Shown piece after piece: positions 40,700-53,460 of a stretch of DNA of 63,655 bases; within the stretch, counting starts at the first letter, position 1; the number at the start of each line of letters is the position of its first letter. The notes below the pieces were generated by a model. That model was given only the letters and a program-made list of their open reading frames with translations, was not told where the DNA came from and made no database searches. Both the position numbers and the translations under genes were made by a program. This stretch comes from Octopus bimaculoides (Eukaryota): contig NC_068981.1 of assembly GCF_001194135.2 (NCBI RefSeq), positions 177,850,287 to 177,913,941 on the forward strand. The letters are read 5' to 3'.

Positions 40700-41900
40700 A
40701 TCCAAATAATGAATTATCTGCAAGATCTGTCAGAGCAAATGCTTTTAAAGTTAGATGTCTTTCTTCAAACCAACAACCCAAGCGTGAAGTGGCTGTGACA
40801 CCAATTTCCAGCTATGTTGACTGAGTGAAGAAGGTGAGTCTTTCAAGGGACACACTATAGCAACCATAAATTCAGTTTTTGGAAAAGTATCCCACATAAA
40901 TTATATTCCCCTCGCAATCAAAAGCGACAAAGGCAATTTCCTATAACTAGAAGATAACCTTGTGGGGTGAAGTGCAGGTACATAGAAATTTAACCTTTTA
41001 CAAGTCAAATTAAAACAATTTAACTTGCTTACTCATTAAGGATGACTCCCCCATCATCCTTCCAGGTGGATAAAATAAGATCATCATTATTCTAAAGAAA
41101 TACAAAGTAATGGCCAGAGCAAATATTAATTCAGATAAGTTAGTGGGCTTGCAACTTGGCATCTAGAGAGGCAAGTTTATGCTGTTTGACAGCATCATGG
41201 ACTGATGGACTGGTTAAATCACTTAAGTACTGGTTCAGAGAACATGGTTACATGTAAGGTGGCTGGTGTGATCCAGAAATAGCCCAAAATGCCTATATCA
41301 CATTCATCAATAGTTTGCTTTGGTCTAGTTTTCATTTGACAGTATTGGAGAAACTCTTCTGCATTTTGTGTAAGGGATGCATGCATTCCACTGACCAGAC
41401 TGACCACCTGTAACCAATATCCTCTGCAAGGAGGAGGCGGCTTCCATGCTGCAACTACTGCTGCACAGAGATATGTAGAAGTGGCAGTATTTATAGAGAT
41501 TCTTGAGTGATAAGCAGGTGTGGTTTCCAATCATAAGGCATACCATTTCCAGCTTATCTTTTCTGACGGAGCTATAACGCTAGGCTAAGCAAAAACCAAG
41601 ACTGGGTAGTAATTAAGCAAAGCAGTTGATAAAAGTTTCACACCAGTGATCTATAGAAGATTAGTTGTGGGAGAAGAGCGACAACATTCTTAGGGGAAAT
41701 CAGTGACAAGAATGAACTGGCTGGTCTATTCTTAAGAACTTTCCAAGTTGGGGACTATGTTTAACTTCCAGAAATCCTCTGCCCGGCAGTGCTACTGCTG
41801 AAAGATATTCCCAGTTTGAGATAAATGCCATCCCTCTGGCAAATAAAAATTGATACTGTTGTACTTAACATCAGCTTCTTACCTTTTAACTTCTCCAGAT
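40700..41900 (-). mobile_element. Highly degenerate L1/Tx1-like relic
   Basis: In order on the minus strand: DFWKLN (post-endonuclease WKLN motif), LSELIFALAI (compare LSPLLFALAI) and WFEERHLTLKAFAL (compare W..R.LSLKGR.L). Confidence 0.45.
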
Positions 41901-41985
41901 GATAAAAAAAAAGACAGGTATGATATACATTACTAATGAAGTAATGAAAATAAAAACCAGTCTATAAATTAAGCATTCTGGACAA

Positions 41986-42970
41986 TTTGACTGAGGTCTG
42001 AAGAGCCAGCGGTTGCACCGGGCTCCAATCTAATCTGGCAATGTTTCTACAGCTGGATGCCCTTCCTAACACCAACCACTCCAAGAGTGTAGCGGGTACT
42101 TTTTACGTGCCACCAGCACAGCAGCCAATCAGGCAGGCCTGGTATTGATCACATTTGGATAATACATTTTACATACCACCGGCACGGGGGCCAGTCAGGG
42201 GGCACTGGCCACAGCTACGATATCGGTTTTACTTGACTCAATAGGTCTTCTCAAGCATATCATATTACCCAACGCATCAGGGGTACTCTTAACTGGGTTG
42301 GACATGCATAGCTGTGATCTCAGTTCAGTTGCCGAGTCTTCTCAATCACAGCATATCACCAAAGGTCTCGGTCTCCTGTCACTGCCTCTGTGAGGCCCAA
42401 TGTTCTAAGGTCATGCTTCACCACCTCATCCCATGTCTTCCTGGGTCTACCTCTTCCACAGGTTCCTTTCACAGTTAGGGAGTGGCACTTCCTCACAAGC
42501 TGTCCTCATCCTAACGTAACACATGACCATACCAGTGCAGTCATCTCTCTTGCACACCACATTTGATGCTTCTTATGCCCAACTTTTCTCTCAGGGCGCT
42601 TACACTGTCGTGTTTGCACACTGACATTACACATGCAACAGATCATACTAGCATCATTTCTTTCAAGCCTACGCATGTCCTCAGCAGTCATGGCCCATAT
42701 TTCACTGCCATGTAGAATGGCAGTTCACACACATGCATCATACAGTCTAACTTTCATCCTGAGTGAGAGGCCTTTAGTTGCCAGCAGAGGTAGGAGCTCT
42801 CTGAATTTTGCCCAGGCTATTCTTATTCTAGCCACTACATTCCCAGAGCAACCACCCCGCAACACAGACCTGGTTGCCTAGATAGCGGAAGCTATCAACT
42901 ACTTCTAGTTTCTCTCCCTGGAATATGATGGAATCTGTTTTCTGTACATCTTCAGTGTTTATTGCCCCAG
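41986..42970 (-). mobile_element. RTE LINE 3' fragment
   Basis: Same family as 22524-24325; only 2 units of the 66-bp array. Confidence 0.92.
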
Positions 42971-43124
42971 GTACAAGGAATAAATATTTAAAAAAAAAAA
43001 AAAAAAAGGTTTAATCAAGAATCACCAAGAATCCAACTTGTGCTACAAAGTTAATTCACCAGGAATGTATCTCACATGATAACTAGTGTGTGTGTGTGTG
43101 AATCTATCTACCTATATATGTATG

Positions 43125-43172
<48 letters not shown>

Positions 43173-43674
43173 CCAGATTACAGTTTAAAGTTTAATCTAT
43201 GTATAATTCCCATGCATATGGCACATGCCAATGAAGTAAAATTAGACACAGGTGGAGTTACTATTACAACCACAACACAAGTTTATTATAATAATCATTT
43301 CACACGCTTGCCAATCATATGTTCTTCACAAAAGTATATGTTAGGAACTGGCTCTAAAAACTTATTAGCGGATAAACAATTAACTTCAAGTAAAGAAATT
43401 TCATTATTCCATCAATAATTAATTTTCTACTAAGTGTGTATTTGGAGAAATCCAAAGCAGTTTTTTACAACACACAATGAAACCAACAACTATAGACAAT
43501 GTTAATAATTCTCTAGTTATTTAACTTGTAAAAGAAACAAGGCTAGTTGGAATGTTTCATACATGAACTTCATATAATATATTGTTTTAAAAATAATGCA
43601 ACAAAATCAAATTTGATAAATATTATGCCAGCTTACCCCATTTCCTATTTATTTATAATAAATATAAATAATAA

Positions 43675-43830
43675 TTTCTAATTTAGGCACCAGGCTGGTA
43701 ATTTTGATAGGGGGAGATTAGTCAATTAAATCAACACCCATGCTTGACTGGTACTTTATTTTATCATCCTTGGAGGAATGAAAGGCAAAGTTGACCTCAG
43801 TAGGGTCAACTAGAAACCAAAACACATAGT
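43675..43830 (-). mobile_element. SINE family B
   Basis: Reverse-complement match to the family B tail and core. Confidence 0.75.
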
Positions 43831-43849
43831 GCAAGGCTTTGCTGAAATG

Positions 43850-44630
43850 GGAAGTATTTGTCTTTAGCTCTTTGTGGGGGCGATCCTCACAATAGAGTCA
43901 GCCGATAGCCAGGCTTTTCCTACATGTGATAGCAGGTGTTTGACATAACTCTATATAAGTCAGCAATGTGCTTAAGGACTGTACGAGTGCATGCCAGAGG
44001 GTTTCATCACTGTGTACATTTCAGGCAAGTATAGCTGATACCAAATTACTGTGTTTGTAGAGTTTATCCTACAAGCATGTAGAATCCAGAGTTTCCCTGA
44101 AGACACAGACACTCTTACACACCACTAATCCTCTACAGAACAGAATATCCATCAACCATATTGCCCAACTAGTAGAGGGCTGTGAGCACCTGTCAGTAGT
44201 ATTCTAGGTGCCCTACCTCAGTGTACGTTTGATCTAGGACTGCAACTCTATCAAGGAGACAAGTTGTAGAAAAGCATGTAGAAAAACAAACAGTGACAAC
44301 ACCTGCTCATCATCCAGAAAATACTGGAGATGTTACAGCCTCACTGAATCATGAACCATGGCATGGCCAGTCTTTCAGAGAGTGGACCACCTGACCAGTG
44401 GAATACAACCCACTCCACAGAAAGTGGAGGATCAAGTTCTCCATTCTGATCAGCCATGAAAGAAAGGCACAATAGTTAGTTAGGCAGTAATAGATGATGG
44501 ATGTGATATATGCATTCACTACCTCTGCCCTACTCTTCAGGCATAGTTTCCTCTTGGCCTATTTCTGGATGAGACTGGCTCTTCCCAGTTCTTGTCCACC
44601 TGGATGTCTAGACCAAACCAAATTCCATGT
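43850..44630 (-). mobile_element. L1/Tx1-like RT C-terminal relic
   Basis: GIWFGLDIQVDK...KRKLCLKSRAEVVNAYITSIIYYCLT...LILHFLWSG matches the Tx1-clade LSLKGRA.V motif. Confidence 0.7.
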
Positions 44631-44654
44631 AATTTAATCAGTAAGAATAATGAT

Positions 44655-45100
44655 AATGGTTTCAAATTTTAGCACAACACCAGCAATTTTAGGGGAGTAG
44701 GTGAGTCAATTACATTGACCTCACAGCTCAACTAGTATTTATTTTAACAATACTGAAGGGATAAAAAGCAGAGTAGATCTTAGCAGTATATAAGATCAGG
44801 ACATAAAGCCTGAAGAAAAGCTAGTATGCATTTTCTCTAGCAGACTAACAATTCTCTCAGCTCACTCCTTCATAATAATATTTAATAATTTGTTTCTTTC
44901 TACTTACTATAGGCACAAAGGCCTGAAATTTTGGGATCTACTTGATCATATCAATCTCAGTGCTCAACTGGTGCTTATTTTGATTGACTTCGAAAAAATG
45001 AAAGGCATAGCTGGCCTCAGTGGAATTTGAACTCAGAACATAAACCCAAAAGAAATGCTACTAAGCATATTGTCTGGTGTGCTAACAATTTTGCCACCCC
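44655..45100 (-). mobile_element. Two tandem SINE family B copies (about 44655-44870 and 44890-45100)
   Basis: Both contain CTCAACT(A/G)GT..TTATTTT and GAAAGGCA/GAATTTGAACTCAGAAC-type segments. Confidence 0.75.
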
Positions 45101-47669
45101 AATAATAACTATGACTGCAATTTATCCTCACCATTTCCTTCCAGATACTACCGTGATGTACTGAGAGCCAACTCACTGCATCACACTGTCATTTACTTTG
45201 TTTTCTTTCATTTCTTCCCTCTCTCCAAATAACTGACCTATAAAAAAGACCTTCTGGAATTTAGTCAATTAATTTGAAACTAAAAGCTCCCTTTAAATCC
45301 ATGAATGAAAATTCTTATAGGCCATGAATATCAGTTACTCTTAAACAACAGATTTAGGTTTTGCTGAGATTTCTATTTTATAAATCCAAACACTGCTCCA
45401 TTGCTTTTATTAGCAATTTCAAGAATAGCATTAGTGCTTACCTTGCTTATGAGATTTAATTTTAGTTACCTGATGCTACAAAAAGAACCATAGAGCTTAC
45501 ACTGATAAACACAATTTAGAACTGTTCTGATCCATACAATAACATAGATAACAATAACGTTAAAATTAAGATACTGTTCAAGCCACAATCTGATGATACA
45601 ATAATTGTTTTGTTACAATTTTATTCATTTTTGTAAATCATTTTATCTACAAAAGACCAAGAAAACAAACTACTGTTTATCTGTGTAACACATTCAGCTT
45701 GGAAGTGGGACCAGTGTAACTCTATTTGATACTATTTCAGTAAATTATTTTGCCATTCTGTTCTGCAGCAACAGAGCTGCATACACTAATATCAGAGTAA
45801 ATTCAATTAAATGTAAGCAGACTTCTTACAGACAAAAAAAAAAAAAAAAAATTGAGTCGCCTGGCTTGCATAAAATAAGTAAAAGAATAATATGATGCAA
45901 AGTAAGATAAATTAAAAATAGGAATTATCAATAGATGCTAGAAATTGAGATTCAATATTACAAACACAAATCTACCCACCAAGAAGGCCATTGGAAATAT
46001 TCATCAACCAGGTTTATTATTGATCAATATGATACATTAGTACAGTTTAATCAAAGCAAGTAACAATTAGTACTTAATTTATTGTATTGTTATACAAATG
46101 CATTTACTAAATTAGAATCACAAGATAATATAAATAGCTTTGAGAGAAATTGTTGCTGTATAAATATCATATAGCTGATGATATTTAAGTGAAAATTAAA
46201 TTAGTATTATAGTGTTTGATAAGAAGAATTAAAAGCATGAGGAATAGTTTGTAAAATGAGATGCTGTAATTGTATAGCAAAATAAAAAAAGATAAGAATA
46301 ATGATAAGAATAGGTCTTAAAAATTAAGCAAAATGACATCTTCCTGAGAAGAAAAGGTCTCTAAAAACTAGGTTAACTCTTTTCATACCAACCCATCTGT
46401 TAATGTTTTTAAAAATGTTGTGACCCATGTTGGTTTCACACAACTAAAGGGTTTAAAACAGATAATTTCAAAATTAAAAGAAAGTAGTTCTATAAAAGGA
46501 AACTCCAATAAAATCAGCTAATTAAAATATCTAAATAATGCAAGTAATACAAATGGGAGTGGGCTTGGTCTTCAAAGTCAACTGGTGAAAGCAATGGACA
46601 TGTTTTGATCTTATTAGAGCTCCTCAGTGAAGTATATTCTTAAGGCTAATAGTGATCTATTTATCTATCTATAGATATATATGAGAGGTACAGAAGAGTA
46701 GATTCTCACTTAGATACACAATATGGAGAGTTTGAAATCAGATTAAAATTGATTTTTAAAAAAAGCACTAAATATACAATATGGGTAATGTGCATAACAC
46801 AAGGGAAACAAATAAACCTCCAAGTCATATGTTTTGAATGTAAAGAAATAAAAATATATTTTCTGGGATGCATGCTTTAAGCACTTTGGTTTACATTTCA
46901 AGGAAAAGGAGTGATAGAAGTTAATTTGATGAAAAATGCTAATTACAAAAATATAATCAATGGCAGTCCTATAGCCTTTGTCAAGGACTATATTACTCAA
47001 TGTAGGCTTGTTTAAGGCAATGAGGCATGATTGGAGAAAAATTAGACTGCTACTTCTGATAGGTTAGATAAATTGCTCAGAGGGTCATTCACCTCATAAC
47101 ACTGAATATAGAAATAACTGTTTTATGGGTTAATAAATTAAATATATGTATCAGGTGTGAAAGTAAAAGCACACGCACAAACGTGTGTTGTCTAAATATA
47201 TCTATATGTTTATCTTCCTATCTACACACACACATAAAACATACATAAAGAAAAACATGTGTGTATATAAATATATATATATATTAATTTTGTACAGCTA
47301 AACATGATTTTTCTTTTCTTTTTTTCGTTTTGTTCATTCAGAAAAGTTTTTTTTTATGTTCATATCTTCTATTGTTGCAAGACATACAAATACTCAGCAT
47401 TCTGAGTCTAGGTGTAACATAAGGTTTAAATAACTAGTTTAAATTGAATAAAGCATGGTAATTTTTGTACTACAGTCAGTCCTCCATGGAAGAGCATATA
47501 ATTGAACTTTGTAAATTTTCATAAGAAATCAAAAAAGGAAACTGCAAGAAAAGAAAATTAAATACAACTGATGAGGATTTGACTTGAATGAAAGAAAAAT
47601 ATTTTCATATTATAAGAATTGACCAAATACAAAGAACTTCAGGTAAAAATGAAAGTTAGCAAATGAGTC

Positions 47670-47990
47670 AGCAGGAGTCCATCAGGGCTCAGTTTTTAGT
47701 CCTCTCATATTTATAATAGCCCTCCAACCATACTGTAAAAGTTTATAAAGACTTCTTATCCTTATGAACTTGTGTATACTGATGACCTGGCTCTTACAGC
47801 TGAATTAGTAGAGTTAGGGAAGAAATTCTAGACATGGAAGCAAAACTAAGAATTGAGAGACCACAAAGTAAACTAACCAAATACCAAAGTTTTATTAAGT
47901 AGGAAAGAAGACAGGACTTTACTTCTATCAAGCAATAGCCATGTTTGTTATGCGGCAAAGGAGTAGTTAGGAATGTAGCCTGGAGCTCCT
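47670..47990 (+). mobile_element. Old RTE RT fragment
   Basis: GVHQGSVFSPLIFIIAL and ELVYTDDLALTAE, followed by a decayed Cys-rich segment. Confidence 0.75.
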
Positions 47991-48784
47991 ACATTTGATG
48001 GTAACAAAGAGCTTTCCTCTCACAATGGAGGTCAGATTGCCTGATACTTGAATACAAAGTACAATGTTGCATAACAGTGAAACATGATCTTTCAATGCAG
48101 AGGATCAGTAAATGCAAGGAATAAATGAAACAAGCATGTTCCACTGGATATGAAACAGTAGCATACATGAATAAAGGCACAGGTATGGATGTGTGGTCAA
48201 GAAGATTGCTTCCGAACCATGTGGTTTCCGATTAAATTCTGAAACCATAGTTAGGAAGCAAACCAAACGGAACATGGTGTGTGTGCCTCCTCATTTAGGC
48301 AATGTGTGATAATCTGTCAATGTGTGTCACCACCATGCAAGCATTAGTCAAGGGAGTGGGAGAATATACCTTGTGTGGAAACAAGTGTTGATGACAGAAA
48401 GGGCATCCAACTACAGACAAACTACCTCAAAGAATTGTATTTGACATATGAAAAAGTGGGTGATAAAACGATCAAATAACTCAAGGAAAAATGGATATAA
48501 GATGGGTCAGATGTGGTGCGCAAGAGTGAAGGTAGCACAGTGTACAGACATGCAATGCTTATTGAAGATCACAGTTGCATAAAAAGGCTAGCTGAGCACT
48601 CCAAGTGGACAGAACCTATGGCTGAGAGAGATGTCGTTTCTCTGTAAAGTACTATTTCTCCTGATCTAACAAATAACTCACTAACAGGATATGCTTTAAG
48701 AGCAGATATAAACAAAGACATTGTTTATGAAGCATCAAGATGACCAGACATACTTTCACTTGGAATTAAACAATGACACAGTTT

Positions 48785-49059
48785 ACATGGTAGCACTGTA
48801 CACAGAATCATGGTTCTCCACAATAGTTAGGCAGTAATAGATGATGGATATGATATACGCATTCACTACCTCTGCCCTACCCTTCAGGCATAGTTTCCTC
48901 TTGGCCTATTTCTGGATGAGGCTGGCCACCCTACTCATCACCTCTTCCCTGTTCTTGTCCACCTGGATGTCTAGACCAAACCAAATTCCAACTATTGTGC
49001 CTTGCTTCATGGCTAATCAGAATGGAGAACTTCACATGGTAGCATGGTATACAGAATCA
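48785..49059. mobile_element. Rearranged L1/Tx1 fragment between 26-bp direct repeats
   Basis: 48822-48990 matches 44470-44630. 48991-49032 is the neighbouring element sequence in the opposite orientation. Flanks are ACATGGTAGCACTGTACACAGAATCA (48785-48810) and ACATGGTAGCATGGTATACAGAATCA (49034-49059). Confidence 0.75.
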
Positions 49060-49129
49060 AGGAAGTGAAAAACACACACACACGGACATGCATGTCCATA
49101 TATTTAGATGTATACAGGTTTCCAACAGT

Positions 49130-49275
49130 TTCCCCTCTACCAATTCCACTTACAAGATATTGGTCAGACTGAGGCTACAGTAGAAGTCACTTGCACACAA
49201 TGCTTGTGCAGGGGGAACAAATTCTGAACCACATGGGTGTAAACAAACCTCTTAACCAAACACCTATACCTGTAC
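49130..49275 (-). mobile_element. SINE family A (5' half)
   Basis: Reverse-complement match to the family A head and core. Confidence 0.7.
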
Positions 49276-49404
49276 TTATAGTTACTAAATATATTCTACA
49301 TATAACTTTATATTAAGGAGTCTGTACAGCTTGTCATGTTTGTTGTTAATCACAAAATTGTGTTCCTTATTCTATTACGTAAAGATTTAAAAAATTCTAG
49401 TGAG

Positions 49405-49577
49405 GTACAGGTATGGTTTTGTGGTAAGAAGCTTGCTTCCCCACCACATGGTTCCAGGTTTAGTATCACTGCGCAGCTCCTTGGACAAGTGTCTTCTACT
49501 ATAGCCTTGGGCAACTAAAGCCCTGTGAGCAGATTTCAGAGAGGGAAACTGAAAAAAAGCCCACCATATATGTGTGT
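49405..49577 (+). mobile_element. SINE family A (5' half), abutting the RTE tail
   Basis: TGTGGTAAGAAGCTTGCTTCCCCACCACATGGTTCCAGGTT...GGAAACTGAAAAAAGCCC. Confidence 0.85.
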
Positions 49578-50851
49578 CATCATCATCATCGTCCGTTGAG
49601 GTCTGGAGATCCAGCGGCTGTGCCAGGCTCCAATCTGATTTGGCAGAGTTTCCACAGCTGGATGCCCTTCCTAACACCAACTACTCCAAGAGTGTAGTGG
49701 GTGCTTTTTACATGCCACTAGCACAGGAGCCAGTCACACGGGCCTGGCATCGATCATGTTTGGGTAGTGCTTTTTACATGCCACAGGCACAGGGGCCAGT
49801 CAAGGAGTACTGGCATCAGCCACCTTCGGATTGTTCTGTTTACGTGCCACTAGCATGGGCACCAGTCAAGTGGACCTGGCATTGACCACGTTCAGATGGT
49901 GCTTTTATGTGCCACCAGCACGGGGGATAGTCAGGGGGCACAGCTACGATATTGGTTTTACTTGACGCAACATGTCTTCTCAAGCATATCACATTGCCAG
50001 ACACATCAGGAGTACTCTTAACTGGGCCGGACATGCATGACTGCGATCTCACTTTAGTTGCTAGGTCTTCTCAATCACAGCATATCTCCAAAGGTCTTGG
50101 TCACCTGTCATTGCCTCTGTGAGGCCCATTGTTCTAAGGTCACAGTTAGGGAGTGGCACTTCCTCACACAGCTGTCCTCATCCATACGTGACACATGACC
50201 AGTGCAGTCGTCTCTCTTGCACACCATGATGCTTCTTATGCCCAACTTTTCTCACAGAGCATTTACACTCTGTTGTGTATGCACACTGACATTACACGTC
50301 CAGCAGATCAGACTAGCATCATTCTTTCAAGCCTACACATGTCCTCAGCAGTCATGGCCCATGTTTCACTGCTGTGTAGCATGGCAGTTCACACACATGC
50401 ATCATACAATCTACCTCTCATCCTGAGTGAGAGGCCTTTAGTTGCTAGCAGAGGTAGGAGCTCCCTGAACTTTGCCCAGGCTATTCTTATTCTAGCTGCT
50501 ACACTCTCAGAGCAACCACCCCCACTACAGACTTGGTCACCTAGGTAGCAGAAGCTATCAACTACTGGTTTCTCCCCCTGCTTGTGATGGAATCTATTTT
50601 CTGTACATCTTCAGTGTTTATTGCCCCTGTGCATCTTCCATACACAAAAACTATTTTCCCGGTTAACCTTCCCTTGATATTGCTGCACCTTTTACGTGAC
50701 CATAGTTTACACCAGGTACATCGTATGGAGTTTCTACCCACGCCTTTTCTACAGATCGAGCAGGACCATCTACCTGAAGGGGGTTGTGATTTAACAGCCT
50801 CCCTACTTACTAAAACTTTGGTTTTTGCTAGGTTAATCCTAAGGCCCTTAA
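49578..50851 (-). mobile_element. RTE LINE 3' fragment with PHD-finger region
   Basis: Same family; 4 units of the 66-bp array; Cys/His finger region at about 50635-50770. Confidence 0.92.
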
Positions 50852-51289
50852 AGAATTAAATATTTCATTTTGTCCATGGGTGATATCTATTTCAAAATGC
50901 ATATATATTGATTTTTTTAAAGTACTGATGAAGCTGGTTTACATTACAGGTAATATATAATTGTGATAGGTAAATAAATATATTTTGGTATCCGAGGCCA
51001 TGGCATGAGAGCAAATCCTTGATTAAATGGATTGCTACAAATCATTCAATACATTTACAACTGTCGTTACCAAAGCAGTATTTGAATTCAGAATATGATG
51101 AGCAGGAAGATATAACAGAAAACATTTTGTCCCAAGCACTAACAATTTTGCTAACTTGTTACTTTAATAGAAAAAAAATAACAATCCTTTCAACTAGAGA
51201 GATACAAGGCCTGAAATTTGGTGAGAGAAGAGGGGTTGATTACATAGACCCCAGTACTCAACTAGTACTTATTTCATCCTTTAATAATA

Positions 51290-51865
51290 ATAATAAATGC
51301 CTTGATGCAGTACCAGGCAATGGCTCTCAATGCTCTGATGCAGTACTAGACAGCAGCTTTCAATGCCCTAATGTAGTACCAGGCAGTGGCTCTCATGGCT
51401 TCTGATCTTAACTGATTGGAAGTGTTATCATGTACATATTTTGTCTTGGTATAAAAGATAGGCTACAGAAAATATTCTGCTCAATACCACAGATTTGCTT
51501 GTCATTTGTTTGACCATAACCAATTGAGCATATGTTCCTTGGTGGCTGACAATATGTGCATCTCTGATCATGAGCAGAAGTAGTGGGGGAGCATCATAGC
51601 CATGTGTTGAGAGGAATTCTTTGAGATTTGAGTCAAACACTTCTGGAAATATGGGTGCTTCATTCATTATCTTTAAACAACATTTATTCAGGGACCTTTT
51701 GAGGGAGATGGGCTACTGGACCTAAAGAAAATTCTAATAAAGGACCCCAACCTGTGCTGTGGCCTCTATGTCACACACATTATGGTCGTAATGCATGTGC
51801 CTCATGTCCCCTTATCAGATGGGTATCATGAAGCATCACTTTGATGGCATGTGCTGCTCTCTCAC
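51290..51865 (-). repeat. Unclassified interspersed repeat with internal ~33-bp tandem units
   Basis: GC-richer block with GATGCAGTACCAGGCAGTGGCTCTC-type units three times at 51304-51393. Recognised from memory as a recurrent octopus repeat; single copy in this window. Confidence 0.4.
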
Positions 51866-52079
51866 TCAATAGCTGAATTAAATTAACTAGTGTTCTTATT
51901 AAATAGTTGTTACAAATTAATATTTTCAACATTTCTCTATAGACCCTAGATCAGTCATAGGTAAACTGCAGCCTGCAGGACTTTCCGAATGGCCTAATCC
52001 TAAAATCTGAAGGTCTTGAGCTGGACAGAGAGATCAATGGTATTTTTTTGAATATATCATGATACTGGAGTTACAACAC

Positions 52080-52345
52080 ACCAGAATGCCATGGGTTATA
52101 CAGGTAGTTCCTATATAACAGTATACTATGATTTTAACTGATGGTCCCTACATACTAGAATAACACAGGCTGTGCTCAGTGTTCATTTATACCAGTACAC
52201 CATGAACTATACTGATGGTGCCCATATACATACATACATACACGGATTGTACTGCACCAATGGACTGATGACCTGTACAAAAGGTTTACACATACCAGTA
52301 TACCATGGACTATAATGATGGTACCCACACACGAGTATAACGTAG
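52080..52345. repeat. Degenerate minisatellite
   Basis: Recurring CCAGTA(C/T)ACCATG(A/G)ACTATA(C/A)TGATGGT(G/A)CCCA. Confidence 0.7.
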
Positions 52346-52514
52346 ACCAGGAATGCACAACCTTCTACCAGAAGTGGGCTGCATGAGACATGGCCCATCA
52401 TCAGCTGGGCTACATTACTGAAAAAACATTCAAGGTAATTTTTCATTAAGCACACCATTCAGAAAGTCTTGTGAGTTGCCGGTTGCCCATCATTGAAATA
52501 GACTGTACTTAAAA

Positions 52515-52673
52515 GCACCCACTACACTCTCAGAGTAGTTGGTGTTAGGAAGGGCATCCAGCTGTAGAAACTCTGCCAAATCAGACTGGAGCCTGGTGTA
52601 GCCACCTGGTCCACCAGTCCTCAGTCAAATCATCCAACCTATGCCAGCATGGAAAGCGGACGTTAAACGATGA

Positions 52674-52676
<3 letters not shown>
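52515..52676 (+). mobile_element. RTE 3'-terminal fragment (SINE-like)
   Basis: AGGAAGGGCATCCAGCTGTAGAAACTCTGCC...GCGGACGTTAAACGATGATGAT, then (TA)n. Confidence 0.9.
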
Positions 52677-52716
<40 letters not shown>

Positions 52717-53406
52717 TAAACCTAAGACTAAACAAATGGATCCTACAACCTTAGTACTGTATTTTCTGGCATACAAACCAAATTTTAATCAGACCAAAAT
52801 TTACAACCAAAAAAGAGGTCAGTATATACACCAAAATGACTTCAGAGGACCAAAAACTCCATGTGAAATTCATAAGGAATTTGGAAAAATTACTCCGTTT
52901 TCATATTTACACTATACACTATGTTGACTTTGCATGGCAGGGAATATGGTATACAATTGACTCTATTTGTGGTTGCTACACTATATACCATGTACTGCAT
53001 TGTTGTTTCCCTCATACTACTATTTCATATGGCTTGTGTCCACTGTCAGGAATATTTACACTTCACACCAAATTTTCCACAGTTCTTCAAAACAGTATAC
53101 TTGCAGCTAACCTTGTTTTGTGTATTCTTTTATTAATTGCAACTGTTTAGAATATTTCTTCACCATGTTAAGTCTAGTTAGAAACTTACTACTACTCTCC
53201 TTTTGCCATTTCATATAATTTTTTTTTTCCTGCATTTATTTTTCTTTTTTTCTTTTGCATTGAAGTCGATGACAAAACACATGTAACATCAACATCAGAC
53301 AGCTGACATTTTATACACAGCTAGAAACAGCCATTCAGTATCAGTAATCAATGCAAATTTCATCTTATTTACTTTTGAAATAGAGATATCAATGTAGAAC
53401 AATGTT

Positions 53407-53460
<54 letters not shown>

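Noticed and set aside
51955-52010. hAT-like left end (CAGTCATAGGTAAACTGCAGCCTGCAGG); similar at about 59685
   Set aside because: No matching right TIR or TSD found.
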